This document shows, in pieces, positions 51,050 to 62,340 of a DNA stretch of 64,000 bases (positions within the stretch are counted from its first letter, which is position 1; every line of letters starts with the position of its first letter). Source of the stretch: Sphyrna mokarran. Its lineage: Eukaryota. The notes below the pieces were generated by a model. The model made no database searches, was not told where the DNA came from, and saw nothing but the letters and a program-made list of their open reading frames with translations. The stretch is from NCBI GenBank assembly GCA_024679065.1, contig JAGIQG010000012.1, forward strand, positions 86,800,001 to 86,864,000. Direction: 5' to 3'. The translations under genes were made by a program, and so were the position numbers.

Positions 51050-54000
51050 GGGCCCGATTTACCCAAAACAAATTCTTCATTGCTGAGTTGGCAAGAAAAC
51101 TGGTGTAAATCATGATTGTATTTTTAGTACAGCTTCAATCTCGAATCTTTGCAGAGGTCACAATCGTGAATATCATTAAAAGCGTGGGGGAGGCGGGGCC
51201 TATTCATGCTAGACTCTAACAGTTTCAGAACCCTGCACATGCACGGTGGCCCCAATCTGTCAGACTCCCATTCACTGGCCAGCCCGAGATTCTGCAGTGC
51301 TGCCCCTCCAGCTGCTCCATGGCCTGATCGCAGCTCCCACAAGCCTTCCTTGGCAACACTTGACACCCCCCTCCCTCCCATTCTGGAGCACACTGATCTC
51401 AAGCCCTCTACTCCCAAACAATGACAATCCCGTAGGAGGTCGACATCTTTCCCCCCCCCCCCCCCCCCACTGCTCAATCACTGACCTCCTTCCAGGCTCA
51501 ATCGATCCCAATGCAGAATGACAGCAGGACTCCTCACCCCCACTGATCATCCCCCTCTTCCCAGATCCTCTTCACAATACACCCTGTCCCTTGACCCCAC
51601 ACACAATAGACCCCATAGAAATATATTCCGATGGTGAAGAAGGATTGTAGGAGAAGGGAAATATCAGCTGTGATTCTTGAGGAAAATTAAGAAGAGCATT
51701 AAATCAAAAGCTGAGGCATTCAGAGTGGCTAAAAATAGTGGGCGATCAGAGGATTGGGAAAGTTTTAAACAACAGCAAAGAATGACTAAGAAGGTGATTA
51801 AAAAAGGAAAGATAGAATATGAGGCTAAACTAGCTCAAAATATCAAAAAGGACAATAAAAGTTTTTATAAATATATAAAGAACAGAAAGGTGGCCAGAGT
51901 TAATGTTGGACCCTTGGAGGATGAGAGGGGTGGTTTAATGGTGGATTATAAGGATATTGTGGAGACCTTAAATAAATTTTTTGTGTCAGTCTTTACGGAG
52001 GAGGACATAAATAGCTTGCCCGAAATTAAGGATAGAAGGGTGGTAGGAGATGAGGTCCTAGATAAGACTACGGTCACTAGAGAGGTGGTGCTTGATAGGC
52101 TAACGGAGCTGAGGGCAGATAAGTCCCCGGGACTAGATAGAATGAATCCCAGGGTTCTCAAGGAAATGGCAGAGGTGATAGCGGATGCCCTAGTAATTAT
52201 CTTTCAGAATTTGCTGGACTCCGGGAAAGTGCCGTGATTGGAAAACAGCTAATGTTACATCGCTGTTTAAAAAAGGTAGCAGACAGAAGACAGGGAATTA
52301 TAGGCCGGTTAGTTTAACGTTTGTAGTCGGAAAAATGCTTGAATCTGCCATCAAAGCAGAAATAACGAGGCAATGGATACGATCTGTTTGATCAGGCAGA
52401 CGCAGCATGGATTCGTTAAGGGGAAGTCATGCTTGACGAATTTATTGGAGTTCTATGAGGAAGTGACTAGTGTGGTAGATAGAGGGGAACCGGTGGATGT
52501 GGTGTTTTTGGATTTCCAAAAAGCGTTTGATAAGGTGCCTCACAAAAGATTGCTGCAGAAGGTTAGGGTGCAGGGAGTTGGGGGTAGGGTGTTAGACTGG
52601 ATAGAGGATTGGTTGTCTAATAGGAAGCAGAGGGTAGGTATTAATGGGTGCTATTCTGATTGGCAGCTGGTGACTAGTGGAGTGCCCCAGGGTTCGGTGC
52701 TGGGGCCTCAACTATTTACCATTTACATAGATGATCTGGAGGAAGGGGCTGAGTGCAGGGTGACAAAATTTGCTGATGACATGAAGATGAGTGGAAAAGC
52801 AAATTGTGTGGAGGGTGTGGAAAGCCTGTAGAGGGATCTGGGTAGGTTGAGTGAGTGGGCGAGGACCTGGCAGATGGAGTATAATGTTAGCAAGTGTGAA
52901 GTTATCCACTTTGGTACGAATAATGGTAGAAAGGATTACTATTTAAATGGCAAAAAGCTGCAGCATGTGATGGTGCAGAGGGATCTGGGGGTCCTTGTGC
53001 ACGAATCGCAAAAACATAGTGTGCAGGTGCAGCAGGTGATTAAGAAGGTGAATGGAATGTTGGCCTTTATAGCGAGGGGGATAGAATATAAAAGTAGGGA
53101 GGTTCTGTTGCAGCTGTATAGGGGGCTGGTGAAGCTGCAGCTGGAGTACTGTGTGCAGTTTTGGTCGCCGCATTCGAGGAAGGATATATTGGCCTTGGAG
53201 GGGGTGCAGAGAAGGTTCACTAGGCTGATACCAGAGATGAGGGCATTGGATTATGAGAGAGACTGAATAGGCTAGGTTTGTATTCTTTGGAGTTTAGAAG
53301 GCTGAGAAGGGATCTTATAGAGACGTATAAGATAATGAAGGGAATGGTTGGGTAGAGGTTGAGAGACTCTTCCCGCTTAACAAAGATAGCGGGACTAGAG
53401 GGCACAGCCTCAAGATTAGGGGGGGGCGCAGTTCAGATCAGAGTTGCGGAGGAGTTTCTTCACACAAAGGGTGGTGAATCTTTGGAATTCTCTGCCTGAT
53501 GAGGTGGTGGAGGCTTCCTCACTGAATATGTTCAAGTCAAGAGTGGATAGGTTTTTAAATGACAAGGGAATTAAGAATTATGGGGAGAAAGCGGGAAAGT
53601 GGTACTGAACCACTACAGATCAGCCATGATCTTATTGAATGGCGGGGCAGGCTCGAGGGGCTGGATGGCCTACTCCTGCTCCTATTTCTTATGTTGTTGT
53701 TGGGCACCGTACCCTTCCATTCAACACCGTGGGGACCCTGATTCTCCCCCTTTACCCCTGCAGGGTCTCCCACTAGTTCCCTGCAAGTGGGGAGTTACTC
53801 TAAACCCCGCCAGACCAAATTCTCGAATTAAAGGGTGGGAGGTTCTATTGGGCCCGGAGAATTCCATGCTGGGCCTGATAATGACATTGAAAATGCATGA
53901 AAAATAGATTTAAATGATGTACCACTCCTTCTGCTGGTTTCCTGCATGGTCCCAACTGCGTCAGGAATGCACATGTGAATCCTGTGAAATGGCTGTCACG

Positions 54001-54140
54001 CGATCCTCCCATCCCGATGCACCAAGAAACATGAGCACCGGGTTGGGAGAATCGGACCCCATATCTTTCACAGTACCTGAAATGTGTCCAGCTTCTCTGC
54101 ACCCCCATTCAGCAGCTGGACTGAGTAAAAATCACATCAA
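51050..54140. mobile_element. Harbinger-like non-autonomous element split by the CR1 at 51615-53697
   Basis: Starts GGGCCCGATTTACC like the 27968 TIR; GC-rich interior resumes after the CR1; right TIR is only degenerate. Confidence 0.5.
51615..53697 (+). mobile_element. 5'-truncated CR1, second recent subfamily
   Basis: Collinear ORF2 with few stops or frameshifts; 3' end closely matches reverse complement of 24289-24560. Confidence 0.95.
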
Positions 54141-54435
54141 AGTGCATGTCACAAGTAAGTTTACATTAACACTGCAATGAAGTTACTATGAATAACCCCT
54201 AGTCACCACACTCCAGCGCCTGTTTGGATACACTAAGGGGCAATTTAGCATGGCCAATCAACCTAACCCTCACGTCTTTGGATTGTGGGAGGAAACCGGA
54301 GCGCCCAGAGGAAACCCACGCAGACATAGGGAGCATGTACAGACTCCACAAAGTTAGTGACCAAAGCCAGGATTTGAACCTGAGTCCCTGGTGCTGTGAG
54401 GCAACTGTGTTAACCACTGTGCCACCGTGCCACCC
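54140..54435 (-). mobile_element. V-SINE with alternative tail in intron 3
   Basis: Reverse complement of the 12509-12812 type. Confidence 0.88.
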
Positions 54436-54782
54436 TGTGGTTGAGTTCAGCTTCAGGCCTTGATTATCTGGACCAGTGGGCAGCTGGCCTCTAATCACAG
54501 TCCTGCTTTCTCTTACTGAGACAAAGTGGCAGGTGAAGGGACAAGTGTAGAGAAGAAAGCGGAGAAGAAACCATGTTTGGCATGGAGTTGTGGAAGCTCC
54601 CCACAGGAAGGTTCTCCAACAAAATTTAACATGTGCCCAAGGATTGAGGCATTGAGCCAGATGCTCAAAAGTTTAGCTATTTAACAGAGCATCCCATAGA
54701 AAAAGAGAGAGAAGCATAAAAGAATGAGATGTTTTGAGAACATTGGGCCTTATAATGAAGGCTGCACCATCAATAGATGGCC

Positions 54783-55400
54783 AAAGAAACAAAGAACAGT
54801 TTAGGACAGGAACAGGCTTTTTGGCCCCCCAAACCAATGCTGATCATATTGTCCTATTTAGACCAACCATTTGTATCCCTCTATTCCCCACCTGTTCTCG
54901 TGTCTCTAGATAAATCTTAAATGTGGCTAACGTAACTGCCTCAACCACCTTACTAGATAGCGCATTCCAGGCCCCCACCAATCTCTGTGTAAAAAAACTT
55001 CCCCCGCACATCTCCATTGAACCTTCCACCCTTTATCGTGAACTTGTGCCCCCTTGTAATTGTCATTTCTTCCCTAGGAAAAAGCTTTTGACTATTCACC
55101 TTATCCTCATAATTGTATAAACTCCTATCAGGTTGCTCTTCAGCTTTCATCTTTCCAGGGGGGACAATCCCAGTTTATTCAATCTCTCCTCATAGCTAAT
55201 ACCCTCCAGACCAGGCAACATCCTGGTAAATCTTTTCTGTACTCCCACCAAAGCCACCACATCCTTCTGGCAGTGTGGGGACCAGAATTGGACACAGTAT
55301 TTCAAAAGTGGCTGAACCAATATTTTAAACAACTGTAACATAATTTGCCAACTTTTATACTCAATGCCCCTGACAATGAAGATAAGTAGGCTATATGCTT
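54783..55400 (-). mobile_element. CR1 3' fragment
   Basis: MLQLFKILVQPLLKYCVQFWSP; CR1 3' UTR. Confidence 0.9.
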
Positions 55401-55965
55401 TCTTTTCCCCATGAGTCCAGGGATTGGAGGAGTGCCAAGATTATGAAACCTTGTGGAACTGGGTGTGGTTAAGTAGATGGTGATGGGTGGAGGGGGGGTG
55501 CCTGGAGGTGTTAGCAGAAGTAGGTCAGCGAGCACAGTGAATGGATCTTGGTGGGAGTTGGCATATGATCAGCTAAGGTTTTAACATCCCATTAAAATAT
55601 TAAATTAATATTAAAGTTAAAGTTACTGATGGAGCAAGGTAAAGAGGGCAGCAGTTTGAGCAATAACTGAAACAATTACCATTGCATATCCAGTTTTTGC
55701 CTGAAGTTACAGCAGCACAGCTGGACCATACAGAACAGACAAAACTCTGGTACACTTCCTAAAAACAAACCACCACCCAATTGGTATGGAAAGTGAGGGC
55801 TGGTTAACCCACGAATGTGGAATTGGGTTGAGGTTACAATATTTAGTTCTCGAGTTGCTCTAATTTCTGATTTAGCAAACAGCAGATGTTCAGAGTTTAA
55901 CTTCTGCCACTGTTTAATGTTGAAATGACAAGGAGTATTTCTCTTTCCCCTCCCCTTCTCCACAG

Positions 55966-56057
55966 TTGCAGGATCACATTGGAATATCATAATCGGTACG
56001 GCTGGGACCATTATCCTGATTGTATTTTTGATTGTTTCAGTTTACTGGAGTTGCTGA
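55966..56057 (+). CDS. B7/butyrophilin-like Ig receptor, transmembrane exon up to the in-frame TGA (IAGSHWNIIIGTAGTIILIVFLIVSVYWSC*)
   Basis: Strong pyrimidine tract and cacag acceptor; phase-1 continuation gives a ~21-aa hydrophobic helix bounded by W and YW; TGA at 56055-56057; exon continues to donors at 56082 or 56086. Confidence 0.88.
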
Positions 56058-56282
56058 CCAGATGAAAAAAGGTGCTTGCAGGTAGGTGCGTGTCCATTCC
56101 AAACCTCTCTGTAGCATCAGCTGCTCACAGCAGCAGGAGAAAGCCATTCAGCCCATCAACATTATTCTACCGTTCAGTCAGACAATGACTGATTTCTATT
56201 TCATATCTATTCACCAGCTTCACATCCCATGGATGGGGGTCCATAACCCCCTCATGTACCAAAGAAACAAAAATCTATCAGA

Positions 56283-57000
56283 TCAGAGCATTGAATACAG
56301 GAATTGGGATGTCTTGTTGAAGTTGTACAAGACATTGGTGCAACCACACTTGGAGTATTGTATACAGTTCTGGTCACCCTATTATAGAAAGAATATTATT
56401 CCTCCACTTACCTGATAAAGGAGCAGTGCTCCAAAAGCTCGTGATTCCAAATAAACCTGGTGTTGTGAGACTTCTTACTGTGCCCACCCCAGTCCAACAC
56501 CAGCATCTCCACGTCATCATTAAATTAGAAAGAATGCTGAAAAGATTTAATAGGATGCTTACCAGGACTTCATGGTTTGAGTTATAAGGAGAGGCTGGAT
56601 AGACTGCGACTTTTATCTCTGGAGCATAGGAGGCTTAGGGGTGACCTTATAGCGGTCTACAAAATAATGATGGCCATAGATCAGCTAGAAAATCAATATC
56701 TTTTCCCAAAGATAGGGGAGTCTAAAACTAGAGGGCATAGGTTTAAGGTGAGAGGAGACAGATATAAAAGCATCCAGAGGGGCAATTTTTTCACACAGAG
56801 GGCAGTGAGCGTCTGGAACAAGCTGCCACAGGTAGTCATAGAGGTGGGTACAATTTTGTCTTTTAAAAAGCATTTAAACAGTTACGTGATAAGATGGATA
56901 TAGAGGAATATGGGCCAAATGTGAGCAATTGGGACTAGCTTCGGGCTTAAAAAAAGTGGGGGCATGTTGGGCCAAAAGCTGTAAGCCTCTGTGGCTCTGA
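56283..57000 (+). mobile_element. CR1 3' fragment with nested Penelope-like terminal piece (56400-56520)
   Basis: CR1 ORF2 is interrupted after YYRKNII and resumes at ~56521. Confidence 0.9.
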
Positions 57001-57587
57001 AACTAGGGGAGAGCTGTGAAGACACGTCACTCCTGAGTGGCTGGTATTCATTTTAAGATTTTGTTCCCTTGTTTTGGATTCTTTCCCCACAACCCCCATC
57101 AGAGAACATTGTTTCTCTCCATCTGCCTTAACAAATCCCTTAACTCCCTGTTTTCCTTTCCTACCTAGCTTAGTGTCATCAGCAGATTTAACAACCATAC
57201 ATTCAGCCAAGTCATTGATAAATTGTAAACAGTTGAGGTCACAACATTGATACCTGTGGAACTTTATACATCACACCCTGCCAACCCAAAAAAAGACCCA
57301 TTTATCCCTACTCTCTGCTTAGCTAACCAATCCTCTGTCCACACTTAGGTATAACCTACCATCTACACCATGAACTCTTATTTAGCATAGTATCCTTTCA
57401 TGTGGTTTAGTATATGAGATCAAATGTTCTATATCATAATGTTCTGTGAGGGACCTGATGTGATTATATAAACGTAATATAATTGGAAAAATCCATATTC
57501 CTATTCCCTGTATTGTGAAACTATCCTATTCCACATGTTGTATTTGGATAAAACAAAATGAATATTAAACCTTGTTTTCATTGCCAG

Positions 57588-57799
57588 GTCCCCCCTATGT
57601 GTTTATCACTGAAGACTCTGTTGGTTTAAAGGATCTACCTGGTGCGAACGCAAGATCTACTGCAGCGGGTGAAAAGATTTTTTTTGACCCTGTACACAAG
57701 GACTTGTTCTTTTTCCAATTGGAAGACACCAGAACCAACAGAGTTTCAGCGCTTCACCCTCCTGAGTGCACCTCTTCAGAGAAATTAGTGCCTTTTTGA
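57588..57799 (+). other. Probable last exon: open 70-codon cytoplasmic-tail frame, or 3' UTR given the upstream TGA
   Basis: ttttcattgccag acceptor; phase-1 frame GPPYVFITED...EKLVPF* is open; followed by ~2 kb of repeat-poor UTR-like sequence. Confidence 0.55.
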
Positions 57800-59224
57800 A
57801 ACAAAATGATTGATTTTGCACTTTACAGTGTGGTTCCAGCACTGTGTCTGAGTTTCAGCACTAACCCTGCTTCTCACACTGAAGTTCAAACCTAATTCAT
57901 TTACAATCAGGAATTTTTGCTGCTTGAACAATGTGCTTTGTGCTAACGGGTGTATTTCCACTTTATAACTGGCATCTTGGTTACATTACTGTTTTGTTTA
58001 GTTTGTTGAGAATTTGATTTGAATCATCTCAGTTAAAGTGGAGTTTGCACTGTTGTGGACTCAACACAACTTATTCTCTTTTCCCCAGGATGTAGAATAA
58101 GCTAACTAAATTAAATAGCGGAGAAAATTCTCCTCGACTTAGACTAGCCTGGCATGCTCTAGAATAGGGTTCCTACGTTACTCACATGTCCAGTCCTGAG
58201 CATTTCATTTCCTCTGACACAAAAGCCATGGTGCTTAATTCTCTAAATGTTAGATTAACTTAATTTTTCCATACTGTGGGAATCGCTGCTAAATCTTTCT
58301 AACACAGGAGGTAGCTCATACCTCATGCCAAGCCAGTCATGCTAAGTCCCACACTCCTTTATCTCCCTAAAACCATGCAGTTTTCTCTTTCACATTTACC
58401 ATTCCCCAGAAAGATGCAGTGGTCTCGACCTAAGATACTTCCTGTAGCAAACACCAACTCCTGAGGCAAGAAGTATTTTCCTAACATTCTCACTCTTAAT
58501 GACTACTCTAACTGATGGCTATTCAGCCAGAGCCAAGAATGTTTTTACCTTCTTTCTTCAGAACTTTTTTTTAAAACCGCATTACATTTGTTCTGTTAAG
58601 AAGTGGGGGAGATGGAAGATCTTTTTTTCTAGTTATTGGCATTGAGTTAACTTTCGAATTAACTCCACTGCCACTCTGTGAATTGTACAATTGGCTCCAG
58701 TGCCTTGGGAATGACAGGTAAACAGTGATCAGGATTGGGCCCAGGACTCAAGCTGTGGCCAAACTAATCTGTGTACAACAATAACTTAGTAACCACAAAC
58801 AGTGGCCAGACTGAGTATTTCTAACATTTCTTCCTCACATCTTTACCAGCTCCTGGGAATAATGCTGTATTTCAAGGTCTGGCTAGTTTTCTATGTCAGT
58901 ATTGCATACTGTTGGTAAAATTGTTGAGCTGCTTAACAACACATCACCTTCTTTTTCGATAGTGTGTAAGGCGGTCTAGAGCTGCTTAATTTATATTCTC
59001 CTCATCCAATCTCACTATATAGTGCTCATAAGCCTCAACCTTTTCACACACAGCTGGCAACTCAGTCCCAAGCTAGCTGGTAAAGCCTGAAACTAGACAT
59101 TAATACTTCTCTTTGCAATAGGTTTATTTACAAAACGCAGCATTTAGAATGTCTGCTTTCTACCTCACACCCCTCTGTTTTCACTACTCTGTTAACAAAT
59201 GGTCAAATTAACAAATCGTCAAAT

Positions 59225-59430
59225 TAAAGGGATAATCCCTTAAAGGGACATTGTGACATAGGAGAATATTTTTAAAGGAACCCCACCAAACTAAATTAAA
59301 ATTTTCGGGGCTGAGGAAACACTGCAGCTACTGCAGGACTCACCAATTGCAGGTGGCCACAAGTGTGACAGCAACACCGCCTGCTCCGTCTCCAAGGATA
59401 CCCAGCTGTGAACGTAACCACATGGGAGAA
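59225..59430 (-). mobile_element. Possible Tx1/L1-like LINE 3' remnant
   Basis: Minus strand reads WVSLETEQAV, resembling Tx1-type ORF2 ends; short and degenerate. Confidence 0.4.
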
Positions 59431-60584
59431 CAATGCAGCAGAGAGTGATCTCTATTTATAAGTTCTCGAGGTATTTAGTTAAACACTGCCCTTCACCCAT
59501 GTGTCTTAAATAATATAATTAACATTAACACTTCTAGGTTACTAATTTACTTTGATGACATATAAGCAGTAGGTCTTCAAATGGAATATTTGGGTCCACA
59601 CAGTGCAAACAAAGTGTTTAAAATGTGACTTTCCATTTTGTAAACCTTACTGTGTGAAGAGGGAGAAGAGGTTTGTGAAATGTTGCCTGAACGACTGCAC
59701 TGTGTTTTTCTGTTCTTTGTAATGTTTGTAGCTGAAGTGTGAGCTTCACTGTGCTGCTGTAACAGGCTCCCATTGGAAATGAAGAGCAGAGAATGTGAAA
59801 CACTGCTATAACCTTCCTACTGTTAAATGGATAAGAACTGGAACCATACAGCCCCTTGACTTGCTCCACCATTCAATAAGACATAACCAGACATCTACAT
59901 CACAAGCAATTCCCATATTCATTTATTCCCTTAGTGTCCAAAATCCTATCAGTCTTAGGCTTGAATATTCTCAATGCCTAAGCACCCTTTGAAGAAGAGA
60001 ATTGGAAAAAAATTACAACCTTTTGAGAGAAGCCCCTTTGCACTTCAATCCTAAATGGTCAATCCCTTGTCCTAAGACTGTGCCCACAAATCTCAATCAT
60101 TGGGAATGGGAGCAATTGACTGCACTGGCCTTGAAGTCTCATCCTATTCAGTGTTGCTTCATTCCTTGTCCTCTTCCATTCCATTAATACTTCTGGCTGT
60201 TCTATAGATTGTATTTTCTGTTCTGCAGTAAATAAGCACTTGGTTAATTTGGGTCTATTGTGTAAGGGTCTTTGGTAACTTTGAACTCATTAACTTGCCC
60301 TGTGCTCCTGCATGTTATTTGGTGCAAAGCTGTGTCACTGTATTGTGTTGTATATTGCATACTGTCAGGCTAGCATCTCTTCATAAGCTTAGGACTTAGT
60401 GCGCTATAATAGGAACTTGAATGCTTCAGTTTTTTATACTGTGAGGCTATTCAGTTCTCTTTCTTCCTGTTGTTGTTGTTTCTGATTGCACTGTTCTGTA
60501 AGTGCTCGCCCACTGAGTACTAATTTAAACCCTCCCCATTTACACAGTAAATTCACCTGCATCCCAAGAATAAGCTATATATCA

Positions 60585-62340
60585 GAACCAGAGACAGGTA
60601 ATGGAGTGAAAGATGTGATTTATGTGGACTTCCAGAAGGCATTTGATAAAGTCCCTCATAAGAGACTTGGCCAAAGTTGAAGATTATGAAATGGAAAGAA
60701 AATTATTACCATAGTTAAGAAATTAACCAAGTGTCAGGAAGAAGAGAGTAGCGATACAGAGATCTCTTCCAATTTTCAGCATGTGTTGAATGCTGTCCCA
60801 CAAGGATGGGTGTTGTAGTCACAGAAATTCACCATATTTATTAATAATTTAGACAGTAGAACAAAAATCCACAAATCCAAATGTCATAAAGCAAAATGAC
60901 ATTTTAAGTCATATACATGGAGGCATAAAATTACAAAGAGATGGTGACAGATTAAGTGAATGGCAGAACAGTGGTAAATGGATTTCAATATTTGGCAAAT
61001 ATGAAGTCATTCACTCTGGAACTGGCTAGAATGCAAATGGTGAAAAGTCATTCACTCTGGATAGAATAGAGACAAGCTGGAAACAGTGTCCAGCTACATA
61101 GATCATTGAAGTGGCATGAACAGGTACAGAAAATGAATGACAAAGAAAACGGGCATTTGTAGAGAGCTCTGCTGTGTTAACATTATGACAATTGCACAGC
61201 TCTTCTCCAGTCTTTTCCCTGGCTTAGTTGAAGCTTTGTATCTAAAAACCTGACAAAATAAGTCTTTGTATTAAGAAGCTTCCACCTGAGAAGGCTTCAA
61301 ACCAATCTGCCTCCAACAAACTGCTTTGAAAACTCTGTTCACCTTTTCGCAGCTGTGACAAATTGTCCCGCAGTGGCAGAAATAATCCATAGGGCTCTAA
61401 AACAAACAACCATATTAAAAGTCAATTTGTCCCAATCTTTCAGTGTTAACAGATCCAGAATTCTGATTCATATCTTTGTTATCAGGTATTCCTTGGGCTT
61501 TACTCTATCTGTGTACAAGGTTTACTGAGATCCATTCATTAGTTTTTGAGGTATATTGTTTACAAACAGTGATTTAAACATTGGATGATTTCCTGGCCTT
61601 CCTGTGCTATATTTCCTATAGCGGGAGTTGGCATGCTATTGGTGGGATCTTCTGGTCCCACTGCTATCAATGAGGTTTCCAATTCACTGGGAATCCTGGG
61701 TTGGGGGGGGGTGTGGTGCCATGAACAGCCAGCCAATCTTCACTCACCTTCAATGACAGAGGTAATAATAATGGTTAACAGAATATTGGCCTTCTATCTC
61801 GAGAACTAGAATACAAGAGGGTTAAGGCAATGCTTCAGCTACATAAAACCCCAATCAGACCACATCTGGAGTTATTATGAGCATCTCTTGGCATCACACC
61901 TTAGGGGGAGATATAAAATGATCCTTGGAGGGAGTAGAATGTAGATTAACCAGGAAAAAAGCTGACTTCAAATTACAAGATAAGATTAAATAAACTAGTG
62001 TTGTTTTTGCTGGAATTTAGAAGTCTACATAGTTGGTTAATCAAAGTCTTTAATATATTCAGGAGAACAGATAAGGACAAACTATTTTTGCTGGTTGGGG
62101 AGAACAGGATGAGTGATATATTCTAAAATTAATGTCAGACCTTCCCATAGTCGAATTAGAAAACTCATTGTTAAAAATTAACTAAAATGATAAAGTTTGG
62201 AACTCTGAACTTCTGCAAACTGAAATTGATGGTGGATCATTGATAACTTTAAACCTGAAGTTGATAGATTTTTGCTAGGAACATGAGATGAAGTTAGATG
62301 CCTGGAGGTAGGTTGTGGAACATACCTAAGGGGCTGAATG
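60585..62340 (+). mobile_element. Old CR1 RT-to-3' fragment, interrupted at ~61150-61765
   Basis: DVIYVDFQKAFDKVPHKRL, then decayed ORF2 C-terminus resuming at ~61766. Confidence 0.8.

Noticed and set aside
57849-57888. Hairpin tgagtttcag/ctgaagttca with UGA..AA..GA spacing as a SECIS for the TGA at 56055
   Set aside because: No AUGA, and helix II does not pair in the SECIS register; the observed stem pairs through the would-be quartet
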